DNA of 64,000 bases, from IMG/VR virus record IMGVR_UViG_3300045988_179014, positions 224,001 to 288,000 of that record; one strand, given 5' to 3'. The position numbers and the translations under genes were made by a program. This DNA comes from a virus. The notes under the pieces were generated by a model. That model was not told the origin of the DNA, did not search any database, and was given only the letters and a program-made list of their open reading frames with translations. Shown here piece by piece: positions 48,909 through 59,624 of this stretch. Numbering within the stretch: position 1 is the first letter of the stretch; the number at the start of each line of letters is the position of its first letter.

Positions 48909-50000
48909 TTATTCAGTAGTTTCTGTAATTTTTGCTTCGGAACGGTTACGAACAATTGACGAGATGAAAGCAGCCAGAATGAGCACAATACCTACTAAAC
49001 CTGTTACAACTTCTGGAACAGGAATGGCAATGCTGACTACCAGCAATACTGCCAAAGCACCAATCGCCCAGTGAGCCCCATGGTCCAAGTAAACATATTC
49101 ATTCAATGTACCTTTACGGACAAGATAGACTGTGATGGAACGAACAAACATGGCTCCGATAAGACCTAGACCAAGAGCTATAATGATTGGGTCCGTGGTA
49201 ATGGCCAACGCACCAATCACTCCATCAAAGCTGAAACTTGCATCCAACACCTCCAGATAGAGGAAACTGAAAAATGCAGCCTTTCCGACCAATTTGATGG
49301 CCCCCGATTTTTGCTGGGTTTCCTCATCTTCCTCCAAACGTTTCTCAAAGAAAGTCCCCAACCCGTTGACCAGCAAATAGGTGAGAAGTCCAGCCACTCC
49401 AGCAATCATTACAGTAGCAGCTTGCTCCTTCGCCTCCATAGATAAAACTATTAATGCCAACAGTGATACCAGAACAGCAGCATTGTCAAGTTTTCCTACT
49501 TTTGCCAAGAATTTTTCAATGGGTTGCAACCAGTGAAGTTCTCGTTCTGGGTCAAATACCCAATCCAGGAACAACATTAACAGGAACATGCCGCCAAATG
49601 CTGCGATTTGTGGGTGTGCTGCATGAAGAATGTATGCATATGTTCCTGGAGTCTCTATGGAACCTCCACGTAACGCCAACTCCCATGCTTCAACAGGCGA
49701 TAAACCAGTGGTTACACCAACAATAAGTATGGGAAACAGAATCCTCATACCAAAAACTGCAATCGCAATACCTACTGTCAAGAAGATTTTCTGCCAGAAT
49801 TCCGACATCTTCTCCAAAATACGAGCATTCACAACAGCATTGTCAAATGATACGGACACTTCAAAGGCACCCAGCAATAAAACAAGTAGGGCTCCTGTCC
49901 ATGACCCATAAAGAAACCCTACACATAGTGCAATAATAGACACCACACCCGACCAACCAAAAATTCGTAATGGATGGTCCGTGGATGATGTTTTGTTCAT
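48909..50000 (-). CDS. terC: TerC-family integral membrane protein
   Basis: Multiple TM helices; directly downstream of TerD genes. Confidence 0.55.
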   Translation of the reverse strand: MNKTSSTDHPLRIFGWSGVVSIIALCVGFLYGSWTGALLVLLLGAFEVSVSFDNAVVNARILEKMSEFWQKIFLTVGIAIAVFGMRILFPILIVGVTTGLSPVEAWELALRGGSIETPGTYAYILHAAHPQIAAFGGMFLLMLFLDWVFDPERELHWLQPIEKFLAKVGKLDNAAVLVSLLALIVLSMEAKEQAATVMIAGVAGLLTYLLVNGLGTFFEKRLEEDEETQQKSGAIKLVGKAAFFSFLYLEVLDASFSFDGVIGALAITTDPIIIALGLGLIGAMFVRSITVYLVRKGTLNEYVYLDHGAHWAIGALAVLLVVSIAIPVPEVVTGLVGIVLILAAFISSIVRNRSEAKITETTE

Positions 50001-50288
50001 GAATTTTCCTTCAAGTTGTTTGTGATGACATCATACCCCTGAATATAATGTAACATGAAAGTCACATAATACTGTGTACTGATGATTGATTGGTCCCTGT
50101 TAAAACTATATTTTACTAACTGTTTACAACTATGTTTGAAAATAGTTGAACATTGAAAGAGGCTCAAGCTAATCCTGAGCCTTTTCTGCAATCTGAAATT
50201 TTGTGTTCCAACTTCATCAATGTTTGTATTTTCAATTCAACATAATTATCATGTCTAACTATTGCGGTGAAACATGCATTATATGAAT

Positions 50289-50549
50289 TCACTTGAGATA
50301 TACTGAGCTGAATTCATGATTTGAAATTGCACTTACTGTTCCATTGGGCCAACGTACTACCCAGTCGCCTGGTTGAAACACCTGAATTGTACTTGTTGAC
50401 ATATTATCCAATGTCATACTTGGGCCTGAGTACATATGAGCTTCCACTGATGGTGCAGAAGACCATCCATTCTCTTCATGTACAGGATGAAAAACCTTTG
50501 CTTTAGCAGCATCAAAATACGCAGCGTCAAAATACGATGTTTCGTTCAT
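50289..50549 (-). CDS. Hypothetical small protein
   Basis: ORF only. Confidence 0.3.
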   Translation of the reverse strand: MNETSYFDAAYFDAAKAKVFHPVHEENGWSSAPSVEAHMYSGPSMTLDNMSTSTIQVFQPGDWVVRWPNGTVSAISNHEFSSVYLK

Positions 50550-50766
50550 AGCTCACTTTCGATAGTTGTCCCCATCATATTAACGTATTCACAGGTCAGG
50601 AGACACAGTCCAATTATCCAATGTTTATTTTACAAGTGAAAGAAAAATTCAAGACCATAATCAAACTATCATGCAAAAACTATAATAGAATCTGTGTTAA
50701 GTCCAACTGCTTCTAAAACTTGACAATCAGTATAACTCAATAATGTGTTTTAAACAACAATCTCAA

Positions 50767-51570
50767 TTATAGTGTACGAATTTGTTCTGGGAACCATGCT
50801 ATCCAATGCGAGGTTCCTTCTTGTTCAAAAGTGACATGTACTCCATCCCAACCAGTGTGTTTTGCCAGTGACCTACGGAATTTTTCAGCATTGTCACCAT
50901 CACCGAACAGTTCCTCCATTTGAGACCATGTAGCATTTTTGAAATGTTGTTCAAACATTCTCTCACGCATGACATCCAGTTCTTCACGACTCCACCTGTC
51001 TTGGTCCCAGAACTCTTCCACATAATCACCCAATGGATTCATATTGTCATCGTCGTCCGGTTGAGCATATATGTTGGGAACATCTTTCAACATCTCACGT
51101 ATCGCTGATGATGGTATTGTAATCTTATTGACACTCATATTTTCGTGACCGTCAATGATTACGGGGTTACGAATGTTCAAATGTACTGCTTTCACAAAAC
51201 TCCCATAACCCTTGGATGTTTCTTCATCTGTGTTGAAATAGAACCCGCTACCATAGGAATCATTGCCATGACCCGTGAATTCGCTGTCAAAATGGTCAAA
51301 ATCCACTGAACTCCCATGAAACACAGTCAACAATTTGCCATCACCATCACGAACCACTGAATCATTCCATTCTGTATCGGATGGACGAGTGGGAAGGTTG
51401 CCATTGAATTCCTCTGTCAGCATTTTTTCAGATGCTTCTGTGGCGGCTGCTTTGGAAGTGAAATGTTCTGGTATGGACCCATCTGATTGCTTGAATTTAC
51501 AATTGTTTTCAGTTTTTGCATGACATAATCCGGGTTCTTTTGTTTCAGGATTTATATGATAACGCGCCAT
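50767..51570 (-). CDS. N-terminal Cys/His module fused to a possible H-Y-E (PARP/DarT-like) ADP-ribosyltransferase-fold domain
   Basis: ARYHINPETKEPGLCHAKTENNCKF...ATEASEKM; LLTVFHGSS...YGSGFYFNTDE resembles the PARP HGS / GxGxYF elements. Confidence 0.35.
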   Translation of the reverse strand: MARYHINPETKEPGLCHAKTENNCKFKQSDGSIPEHFTSKAAATEASEKMLTEEFNGNLPTRPSDTEWNDSVVRDGDGKLLTVFHGSSVDFDHFDSEFTGHGNDSYGSGFYFNTDEETSKGYGSFVKAVHLNIRNPVIIDGHENMSVNKITIPSSAIREMLKDVPNIYAQPDDDDNMNPLGDYVEEFWDQDRWSREELDVMRERMFEQHFKNATWSQMEELFGDGDNAEKFRRSLAKHTGWDGVHVTFEQEGTSHWIAWFPEQIRTL

Positions 51571-51727
51571 GATTGTACATCCTTCATGAGATAAATGAAA
51601 TATTCAATTACTGCTTTCTATCCTTATCAGATTATTGCCCTTGTCAAACATCAATTGGTTTGGACATTTGGTTGGGTGCAATAGTCCATGGATAAAATGG
51701 AAGCATCATCACAATGAAGAAAGGCAA

Positions 51728-53425
51728 ACAGTGCTTGAAGAAATCACCATTGAAAATCTTGGGATAATCAATCATGCTCATTTACCTTTCACCCCAGGAC
51801 TTACTGTACTGACCGGAGAAACCGGAGCTGGTAAAACCATGGTGCTCTCAGCCATCAATCTTCTTCTGGGGAAACGTATCAATGCATCCAATGTAACAGT
51901 TGAAGGCAAACAGTTGAGCGTTGAAGGTTGCTGGCAGTTGGATGATGATTTGTCGCACACTGTTGAAGACACTGGAGCATCATTGGAGAACGGTCAATTA
52001 TTTGTTCAACGTGTGGTCAGCAACGACGGCAAAAGCAAAGCATATATGGGTGGAAAACGTATGACTGCCAGCACACTCAACTGTATAGGAAATCAACTAG
52101 TCAGCATACATGGACAATCAGACCAAGTAAGACTTCGTGACCCTCAACTTCAACGAGAATCATTGGATGCATTTGGTGGAACTGTACTACTTCAAACATT
52201 ACAGAAATTCCAATCAGCATACACATCTTGGAAAGAAGTGAACAAATTTTACAATGACGTAAAAGATAATGCAAACAGTCGTCGCAGGGAAATAACATAT
52301 TTGGAGAAACTGATTCAAGACGTATCACAGTTGGACCCACAAGAAAACGAAGACGAAATCCTGCAACACCAAATCAATAAACTGTCCAATCTGGAAACTG
52401 TCCGTGAATCATTGTTGAAAGCACAGGAGTGTATTACTCCAAGTGATGATGAAATACTTAGTCCTGTCACTCAGATACGAGAATTGCAACGTGTTCTGAC
52501 CCCAATTCTCAATTATGATGCTGAATGGGCTGAACTTCATGAACACGCGCAAGGAATAATCACTCAACTGTTTGAATTGGAAAATGAAATCTCAACTCAT
52601 GTGGATTCAATGGATGAAGACAGTTTGGAGCAATTGTACACAGCTCAGGAACGTGCTCAAGAAATCAAAACGCTGGTACGTAAATATGGTACAAATCTCG
52701 CTGATGTGTTACAACAAGCGGATGAAACACACAACCAACTGGAATGTCTATACCAACAAGACGTACCTTTGGAGGACATAGAAGTTGAACTGGAAACATA
52801 CAGAAAATCTATGATTGAAGCTGCGAACCAATTGACGGAACAACGTGTGAAAACTGCTGATTCGTTGTCTGAAGTCATCAATGCTGAATTGGCAGGGTTG
52901 GGAATGAGCAATAGTGTGTTTTCAATTGTCATCAATCCAGCAGATACAACATTTTCCGGACAGGATGAGGTTTTGTTCATGTTGGCTCATCAAGGCCATT
53001 CCCCAGCTCCAATTACAAGAATTGCGAGTGGTGGGGAATTGTCACGAATCATGTTGGCAATGGAATTGGTTTTGGCGAAAGGTCATGGAACATTGATTTT
53101 TGATGAAGTTGACAGTGGTGTTGGTGGTGAAACTGCGGTTGGAATTGGGAAACGACTGGCACGACTGGCACAAGATGTACAGGTTATTGTTGTGACTCAT
53201 CTTCCCCAAGTTGCTGCTTATGCCGACAATCATCTCAAAGTATACAAAGAAGTCAACAACGAACAAGTGCAAACATATGTGAAACAACTACCAGCTGATG
53301 AACGAATCGCTGAAATAACCCGTATGTTGTCTGGCATGGCAGATAGTAGTTCAGGCCAACTTCATGCATCAGAATTATTGAACATGGCGCAAGAATACAA
53401 AAACACCTTGATGACCAATCCCTGA
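51728..53425 (+). CDS. recN: DNA repair protein RecN (SMC-like ATPase)
   Basis: LEEITIENLGIINHAHLPFTPGLTVLTGETGAGKT matches the RecN N-terminus and Walker A. ORF track opens at a TTG at 51635; the true start is probably GTG or TTG near 51728. Confidence 0.75.
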   Translation, partial: TVLEEITIENLGIINHAHLPFTPGLTVLTGETGAGKTMVLSAINLLLGKRINASNVTVEGKQLSVEGCWQLDDDLSHTVEDTGASLENGQLFVQRVVSNDGKSKAYMGGKRMTASTLNCIGNQLVSIHGQSDQVRLRDPQLQRESLDAFGGTVLLQTLQKFQSAYTSWKEVNKFYNDVKDNANSRRREITYLEKLIQDVSQLDPQENEDEILQHQINKLSNLETVRESLLKAQECITPSDDEILSPVTQIRELQRVLTPILNYDAEWAELHEHAQGIITQLFELENEISTHVDSMDEDSLEQLYTAQERAQEIKTLVRKYGTNLADVLQQADETHNQLECLYQQDVPLEDIEVELETYRKSMIEAANQLTEQRVKTADSLSEVINAELAGLGMSNSVFSIVINPADTTFSGQDEVLFMLAHQGHSPAPITRIASGGELSRIMLAMELVLAKGHGTLIFDEVDSGVGGETAVGIGKRLARLAQDVQVIVVTHLPQVAAYADNHLKVYKEVNNEQVQTYVKQLPADERIAEITRMLSGMADSSSGQLHASELLNMAQEYKNTLMTNP

Positions 53426-53572
53426 TTCTTCACTATTGTGGATTATGTGTTGTTTTGTAATAGCGGATTCTCTATTGTGAATTTTTACAATAGAACACAT
53501 TTGTTGACTATTGCCTGTATGAACAAATTAAATTCATAATGTAAAAGGTTTTAGAGTTGAAGTCATGGCTTA

Positions 53573-53725
53573 CCCAGACGTGTTTTGAGCTTGATTTTTG
53601 TACTTCCTGATGCAAGTATCACAAACAAACATTTCTCCCAAAATATCTTGAAAACACGAAAAACGCCACCGAATAAGCTTGGTAGAATCTAACCTATTCA
53701 AGGGGCGTTACAGGACACAATTTGA
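53573..53725 (-). repeat. Copy B of the ~150-bp repeat with intrinsic terminator
   Basis: Aligns with copies A and C; lies 3' of the dCMP deaminase gene (minus strand). Confidence 0.6.
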
Positions 53726-53799
53726 GCTGTACACACAATGTCCAAATTATCAGAGTTTCAGGCCACTTAAAACAGCCAAAGCAAATTTTATCAGGATTA

Positions 53800-54207
53800 T
53801 CATGTGGTGTAATAGATTTTCTTCACACCACGAGCCCGCAAAGCTCGTTGGCACCTTTCACAGGGCTTGCTCAGCATCGGCTCCCCAAAAGCACCAATGC
53901 GAGCAATGTAGATGGTTGCATTAGACAAATCCATCTTACGGCACGCACGCAACGCGGCCTCTTCCGCATGAATGGTCGATTCTTGCTTGGGGTCACTAAC
54001 CACCGTTGGGGGGTTAATGGTTCGATTAATACCCACCCCGATGACTTTTCCATTGCGAACAATGACAGCACCATGCCGGAACCGCACCCGTGACTTGGTG
54101 GCAAGTATCATTGCTCGTATTAGGAATGCTTCATCCCGCTTGAAACGAACCTCACGAAACACCAACCCATCATCCAAATCCGGATAGTAATTCTTCTGGT
54201 ATTTCAA
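53800..54207 (-). CDS. dCMP deaminase (cytidine/deoxycytidylate deaminase family)
   Basis: HAEEAALRA and PCERCQRAL zinc-binding motifs. Confidence 0.7.
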   Translation of the reverse strand: MKYQKNYYPDLDDGLVFREVRFKRDEAFLIRAMILATKSRVRFRHGAVIVRNGKVIGVGINRTINPPTVVSDPKQESTIHAEEAALRACRKMDLSNATIYIARIGAFGEPMLSKPCERCQRALRARGVKKIYYTT

Positions 54208-54369
54208 AGTGCAGCTCCTTTTTGATATCGCTGTACTATAGCATACACAAGTTGGCGGAATGAATCAAATCGTGGCAACTGATGCCATCAACACAAATTT
54301 ACTCCCAAGAACACAAATAGACCCTGATTCTATTGGTGCTTGAATCAGGGTCTACGTATGATGTTTTAA

Positions 54370-54597
54370 TCAGGGCCTATGTGTGCAAAAATCCCAGAGG
54401 GTGTTCAGGGTCTCCAGCAACTGAGCAAAAATAGCCTTTGCCCTAGTATCAGTTGCTTCCACCATGGACTCTGAAGCCTCGACCCCAAGACTGCTCAAGA
54501 CCTCTCGCAGGTAGCACTCCCCATATTCGGGGTCTGCCAAAACACCGCGCACGGCTTCTACCGCTGCCTCATCAATAATCTGCTGTTCCTGGTCCAT
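54370..54597 (-). CDS. Hypothetical acidic small protein (ORF extends to 54711; likely start MDQEQQ)
   Basis: ORF only. Confidence 0.3.
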   Translation of the reverse strand: MDQEQQIIDEAAVEAVRGVLADPEYGECYLREVLSSLGVEASESMVEATDTRAKAIFAQLLETLNTLWDFCTHRP

Positions 54598-55030
54598 GTT
54601 CTTCTCCCTACTCGTGTTGATGTCTTGCTTCAAGCATAACACACAAAAACACGACTTGTCTACCCCATCACACAATTGGCAGTTGACAGTTGACATCACA
54701 AACGAACACACGAGCCCACCAGCTTGCGAAATCCTTCATCGCAACATAATTTGTAAAGTATTCAACGTTCTATCTGTAAGCCAGCTTCATCAAGCATGAG
54801 AACCGTTGCACACAAAAGCCACAAAAAGGAAGCACTCTGCCCAAGTTAGTAGTAGATATAGCGAACTCATGAACCAACCACCAACATCTTCAACAATCAA
54901 TAAAACCTTGATTAAAATGCTGAAAAATCAACAATGAACCCAACGTATAATGTATACAGCCAATCTTTGGACAAAAAATTAAAGGCCGGAAATTAATCCA
55001 GCCTTCAATTTCGGTTATTGTTCAAGAATT

Positions 55031-56098
<1,068 letters not shown>

Positions 56099-56372
56099 TC
56101 ATTTCACACGCATCTGTCAACAAGCCCTATTGTGGACAGAAGTATTCATTCTGAGAACTACAGTGTTTCTGATACACATTGAAAGGAACAATTCCATTAT
56201 TGCCATGAACCGAATCATAACCAGACTTGCTGTTCAGCGGTTTTGGAGACGTAACACATTGGTTGTATGAACATAAAGAAATAATTGCATATAGTGTTTT
56301 TAGTAAAGTGTTTTGTCCCCTATGGAAACCATCCGCCTCTGCAAACACTATACTCATGTCGTACTGTTGGAA

Positions 56373-57164
56373 TTATTTACTGATGCTCAACCCTTTGTAG
56401 GGCTGCACTTGAACACCAACCATTGTGGTCAAGTTTTCAACACCTGGTGGAATTGGTACTGCTGAGAACAATTTGACGCAGGCTGCAACAGCTTCCTGAC
56501 GTACTGCAATGTTTTCAGTTGTGTCCCGCATCATGTCATAAAGAGCATGAGCTTTGTCATTCAGGGCAATGGAATCCTCAGTATGGTACTGCAACTCAAA
56601 AGTTTCTCCCCAAGCTGTAGACCAACTTGTTAGAACACCTCTGTACGAACCACCTATTTGAAACGCACTCTTGATTTTGCGGCATACATTACCAGCATCA
56701 ACCAATGATTGTGCACTGACTTCCATGGTGCTCAAAAATGCATCATCTGAGGAAATGACACAACTGTAACGTACTATGTCATCCAGTTCTTCTACCAACA
56801 GTCGAGCGTTTTCCAATGTTGGTTCCAAACCGCGACGTTGCAGACGGTGCAGAATCTTTATGGCCACCGACAATGGAGACTTAACCCGATGCTCCAGATG
56901 AATATAACGTGTACCAACTATCCGCTGATTCTGCAAAATCCCACTGATACTATGTTCGGCGGCCAAACTGCGACACATTCGTTCCAATACGGCTTGATAC
57001 ACATTGAGTGGTACTGTAGTGGACGTAACCAACTGTTTCCAATCTGACTTCCACATCAAAGGTGCCGAAACATCTGACTCCAGTAGTTGTTCCATACGGT
57101 GGGTCAGGAGGGATAGTGCCACTGTTTGTTCAATCATGGTCATCATGTTGCTCTCCCTCCTCAT
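56373..57164 (-). CDS. Hypothetical protein
   Basis: ORF only. Confidence 0.35.
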   Translation of the reverse strand: MRRESNMMTMIEQTVALSLLTHRMEQLLESDVSAPLMWKSDWKQLVTSTTVPLNVYQAVLERMCRSLAAEHSISGILQNQRIVGTRYIHLEHRVKSPLSVAIKILHRLQRRGLEPTLENARLLVEELDDIVRYSCVISSDDAFLSTMEVSAQSLVDAGNVCRKIKSAFQIGGSYRGVLTSWSTAWGETFELQYHTEDSIALNDKAHALYDMMRDTTENIAVRQEAVAACVKLFSAVPIPPGVENLTTMVGVQVQPYKGLSISK

Positions 57165-57383
57165 ACCCCTACTATTGCCATCTGTTTAACTGACAAAAAC
57201 TTATGTTTTCAGTTTACATGATGAACTCCTGTTTGTATATAGTCCTGCCATGGATAAAATAGGGTAGTTGTTAAGAGAAACCATACTCATGTTGTGTTCG
57301 TCTCTTGTGGAAGTAAAAACTACTGAACTTGCCACATCTGGAACTAAACTATGGGTTTTATACTGTTAATTATTGTCGAATAG

Positions 57384-58058
57384 TTGATTTTTGTGAAACT
57401 TGTTGTAGCGGAATGTTCAGCCATCTATAGTGGTCGGGGTGATACCACACTGGCACGCGGTCGCAGAGCCATCATGATTAAAGGTGATGGTTCAGTCTCA
57501 ATTCACAATGATGTGGGCAACAAACCGTTGAACTACATGAAACAACCCACTTTCTCTGAAACATTGAATTCTGACGGAGAAAGGGTATGGACTTTTGATG
57601 CTCGTCATGAATCCTTATCCATCACACTTCATCAAGTTGTTTTGGAAACAGCAATGGATTTGATTGGTGAACATGACCCTGGTTTGGTACGTGATGGGAC
57701 TGAAAACCAATTACAAGCATGGATTGCCGAACACCCTGAAGTACTTGGTGAAGGTTTTAGTCTGGTGAAACGTGAATACCCAACAGAAAACGGACCTGTG
57801 GATTTACTGGTTTTGGACAACATGGGTCTTCCTGTTGCTGTGGAGGTCAAACGTGTTGCTATGTTGGGTGCAGTTGACCAAGCCAGAAGATACATGGATG
57901 CGCTGAAAAGCCAACCCTACAATCCTGAGCTGCCTTTTGATTTGACACGTACTCGGGCCATGATTGCAGCAGTTGACATCAGACCAAAAACGATAGCTTT
58001 GGCGGAAAAACGAGGAATCGCGTTACGAACCATTCCTAGTGATTGGAAAACACTGTAA
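57384..58058 (+). CDS. nucS: Endonuclease NucS (EndoMS mismatch-specific nuclease)
   Basis: MIFVKLVVAECSAIYSGRGDTTLARGRRAIMIKGDGSVSIHNDVGNKPLNYM closely parallels the actinobacterial NucS N-terminus. Confidence 0.7.
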   Translation: MIFVKLVVAECSAIYSGRGDTTLARGRRAIMIKGDGSVSIHNDVGNKPLNYMKQPTFSETLNSDGERVWTFDARHESLSITLHQVVLETAMDLIGEHDPGLVRDGTENQLQAWIAEHPEVLGEGFSLVKREYPTENGPVDLLVLDNMGLPVAVEVKRVAMLGAVDQARRYMDALKSQPYNPELPFDLTRTRAMIAAVDIRPKTIALAEKRGIALRTIPSDWKTL

Positions 58059-58232
58059 CAAACATTGACACAAAATATTTCACCAAACAGACTCTTCACA
58101 TTAGCTGATACATACTGATTCAGTTCTTCAGACATGTTGAAAATTGAAAGCATTACATGTTCTCTTATGAATTAATTTCAGGGATTCACCAATGTAGTCA
58201 GTTCAACATAAATCAACACTGATGCTTGCGTA

Positions 58233-58390
58233 CCCAGAAGTGTTTTTAGCTTGGTTTTTGTGTTTCCTGATTAGGTATCACAAACTAGGATTTCTAACAA
58301 AACCTCTTGAAAACATGAAAAATACCCCTGAATAAGCTAGGTAGAATCTAACCTATTCAAGGGGCGTTACAAAAAGCGATTATGGCTTTG
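58233..58390 (-). repeat. Copy C of the ~150-bp repeat with intrinsic terminator
   Basis: Aligns with copies A and B; lies 3' of the lipoprotein gene. Confidence 0.6.
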
Positions 58391-58519
58391 GAAGAAAACC
58401 CTCCAGCAACCAAAATATACATTGTGAACCATGCAATCGTCTTAGTCCTGCTAATAACAATATTTTGATTGTTTTACTTGTTGAATAATGACAATCCTCT
58501 GTATCTTCTGTTTGTACAA

Positions 58520-58999
58520 TCAACCAATTGTTTTCCACATCACTTGTATGGTTGAATAAAGTGGGTCGTCTTCAATGTTGTCATATTCACAGAAGAAAAT
58601 CTTTTTGGAGCCCCATTCAGAAACAACAACACCCATGTCTTCCTGTCCTGTACAGTTTGTTTCAGTAGGTGGGAGCGAAACAGCAGTTGGTATTTTGCTA
58701 TCACGCACGGCTTCTCGGTATTGCCCAACCAAATCCAAATCTACTGTAGCCCCCTTGGATGTACTACCGTCACTGTACAAAGCCACAGATTCCTCATCAC
58801 AATAGACAACATCACCTCGCATTTTGCAGGAACGTTTCATCAAAGTGGCAATGGTGTCCTCAGATGGTTTCGGAAATGATGATTCTGTCCCATATGATGG
58901 AGTTGGTTCAGGTGATGATGACTCTGCGCTGGAAGAACAACCACCCACTCCTATCAAACAACACAAACCAATCAATCCTGTCACAATTCGTTTCAGCAT
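58520..58999 (-). CDS. Lipoprotein
   Basis: Signal peptide with lipobox LIGVGGC followed by a Ser-rich linker. Confidence 0.55.
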   Translation of the reverse strand: MLKRIVTGLIGLCCLIGVGGCSSSAESSSPEPTPSYGTESSFPKPSEDTIATLMKRSCKMRGDVVYCDEESVALYSDGSTSKGATVDLDLVGQYREAVRDSKIPTAVSLPPTETNCTGQEDMGVVVSEWGSKKIFFCEYDNIEDDPLYSTIQVMWKTIG

Positions 59000-59046
59000 A
59001 AAACATGTCCCCTTCTTTTCACATACGATTGTTCTAAATATGCAGA

Positions 59047-59433
59047 TTACAATGATGCTTCGGCTAGTAAACGAGAAACCGCTACTATATCAAATCCACG
59101 ACTAAATTCTAGGTGAACTTGTCCTACACTGCTGTACCATAAATCCACTTCACTGTCCAAATCGACTGTTCCTGCCGTTTCAATGGACCAAGCTTGCAGT
59201 TTTTTGTACGGTAATGACGCGAATGCTTTCTTGGTGCCCGTCATGCCTTGAACATTCACAACAATAACGCGACGATTGGTAAAAACCACATAATCTCTTA
59301 TTCCTTTGGCAGCAATCATAATGGTTTCATGATTGACCAGCAAAGGTTGAATATTTGCTTGAACTTCAACAGGATTAACTGGACCAAGTTTTACCAATGA
59401 GGAGTTTTTGAAATCAATCATGGCTTTCTCCAT
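59047..59433 (-). CDS. Bacterial PH-domain protein (YdbS/DUF304-like)
   Basis: 128 aa; pattern of small bacterial PH domains (VVFTNRRVIVV). Confidence 0.4.
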   Translation of the reverse strand: MEKAMIDFKNSSLVKLGPVNPVEVQANIQPLLVNHETIMIAAKGIRDYVVFTNRRVIVVNVQGMTGTKKAFASLPYKKLQAWSIETAGTVDLDSEVDLWYSSVGQVHLEFSRGFDIVAVSRLLAEASL

Positions 59434-59624
59434 TTCCGTAAAAGTAACGAATTATAGTTAAATCTTTCAACACATAGATTTTCTGGCATCAAGCAGAAGA
59501 ACCACAAGTATTCAATATTGGTTTATGATGATTCGATAAATAGATTCATTTCATCATAAACAATTTGTCTTTAACATATCTTTTAAACCGCTTAAGGATA
59601 TCCTACAATTTGTTGATTATCGGG

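Noticed and set aside
51635-51727. TTG-initiated N-terminal extension of RecN (MPLSNINWFGH...)
   Set aside because: RecN homologs start directly at the ...LEEL.IENL... segment. The extension has no counterpart and probably reflects ORF-caller extension to the first upstream NTG.
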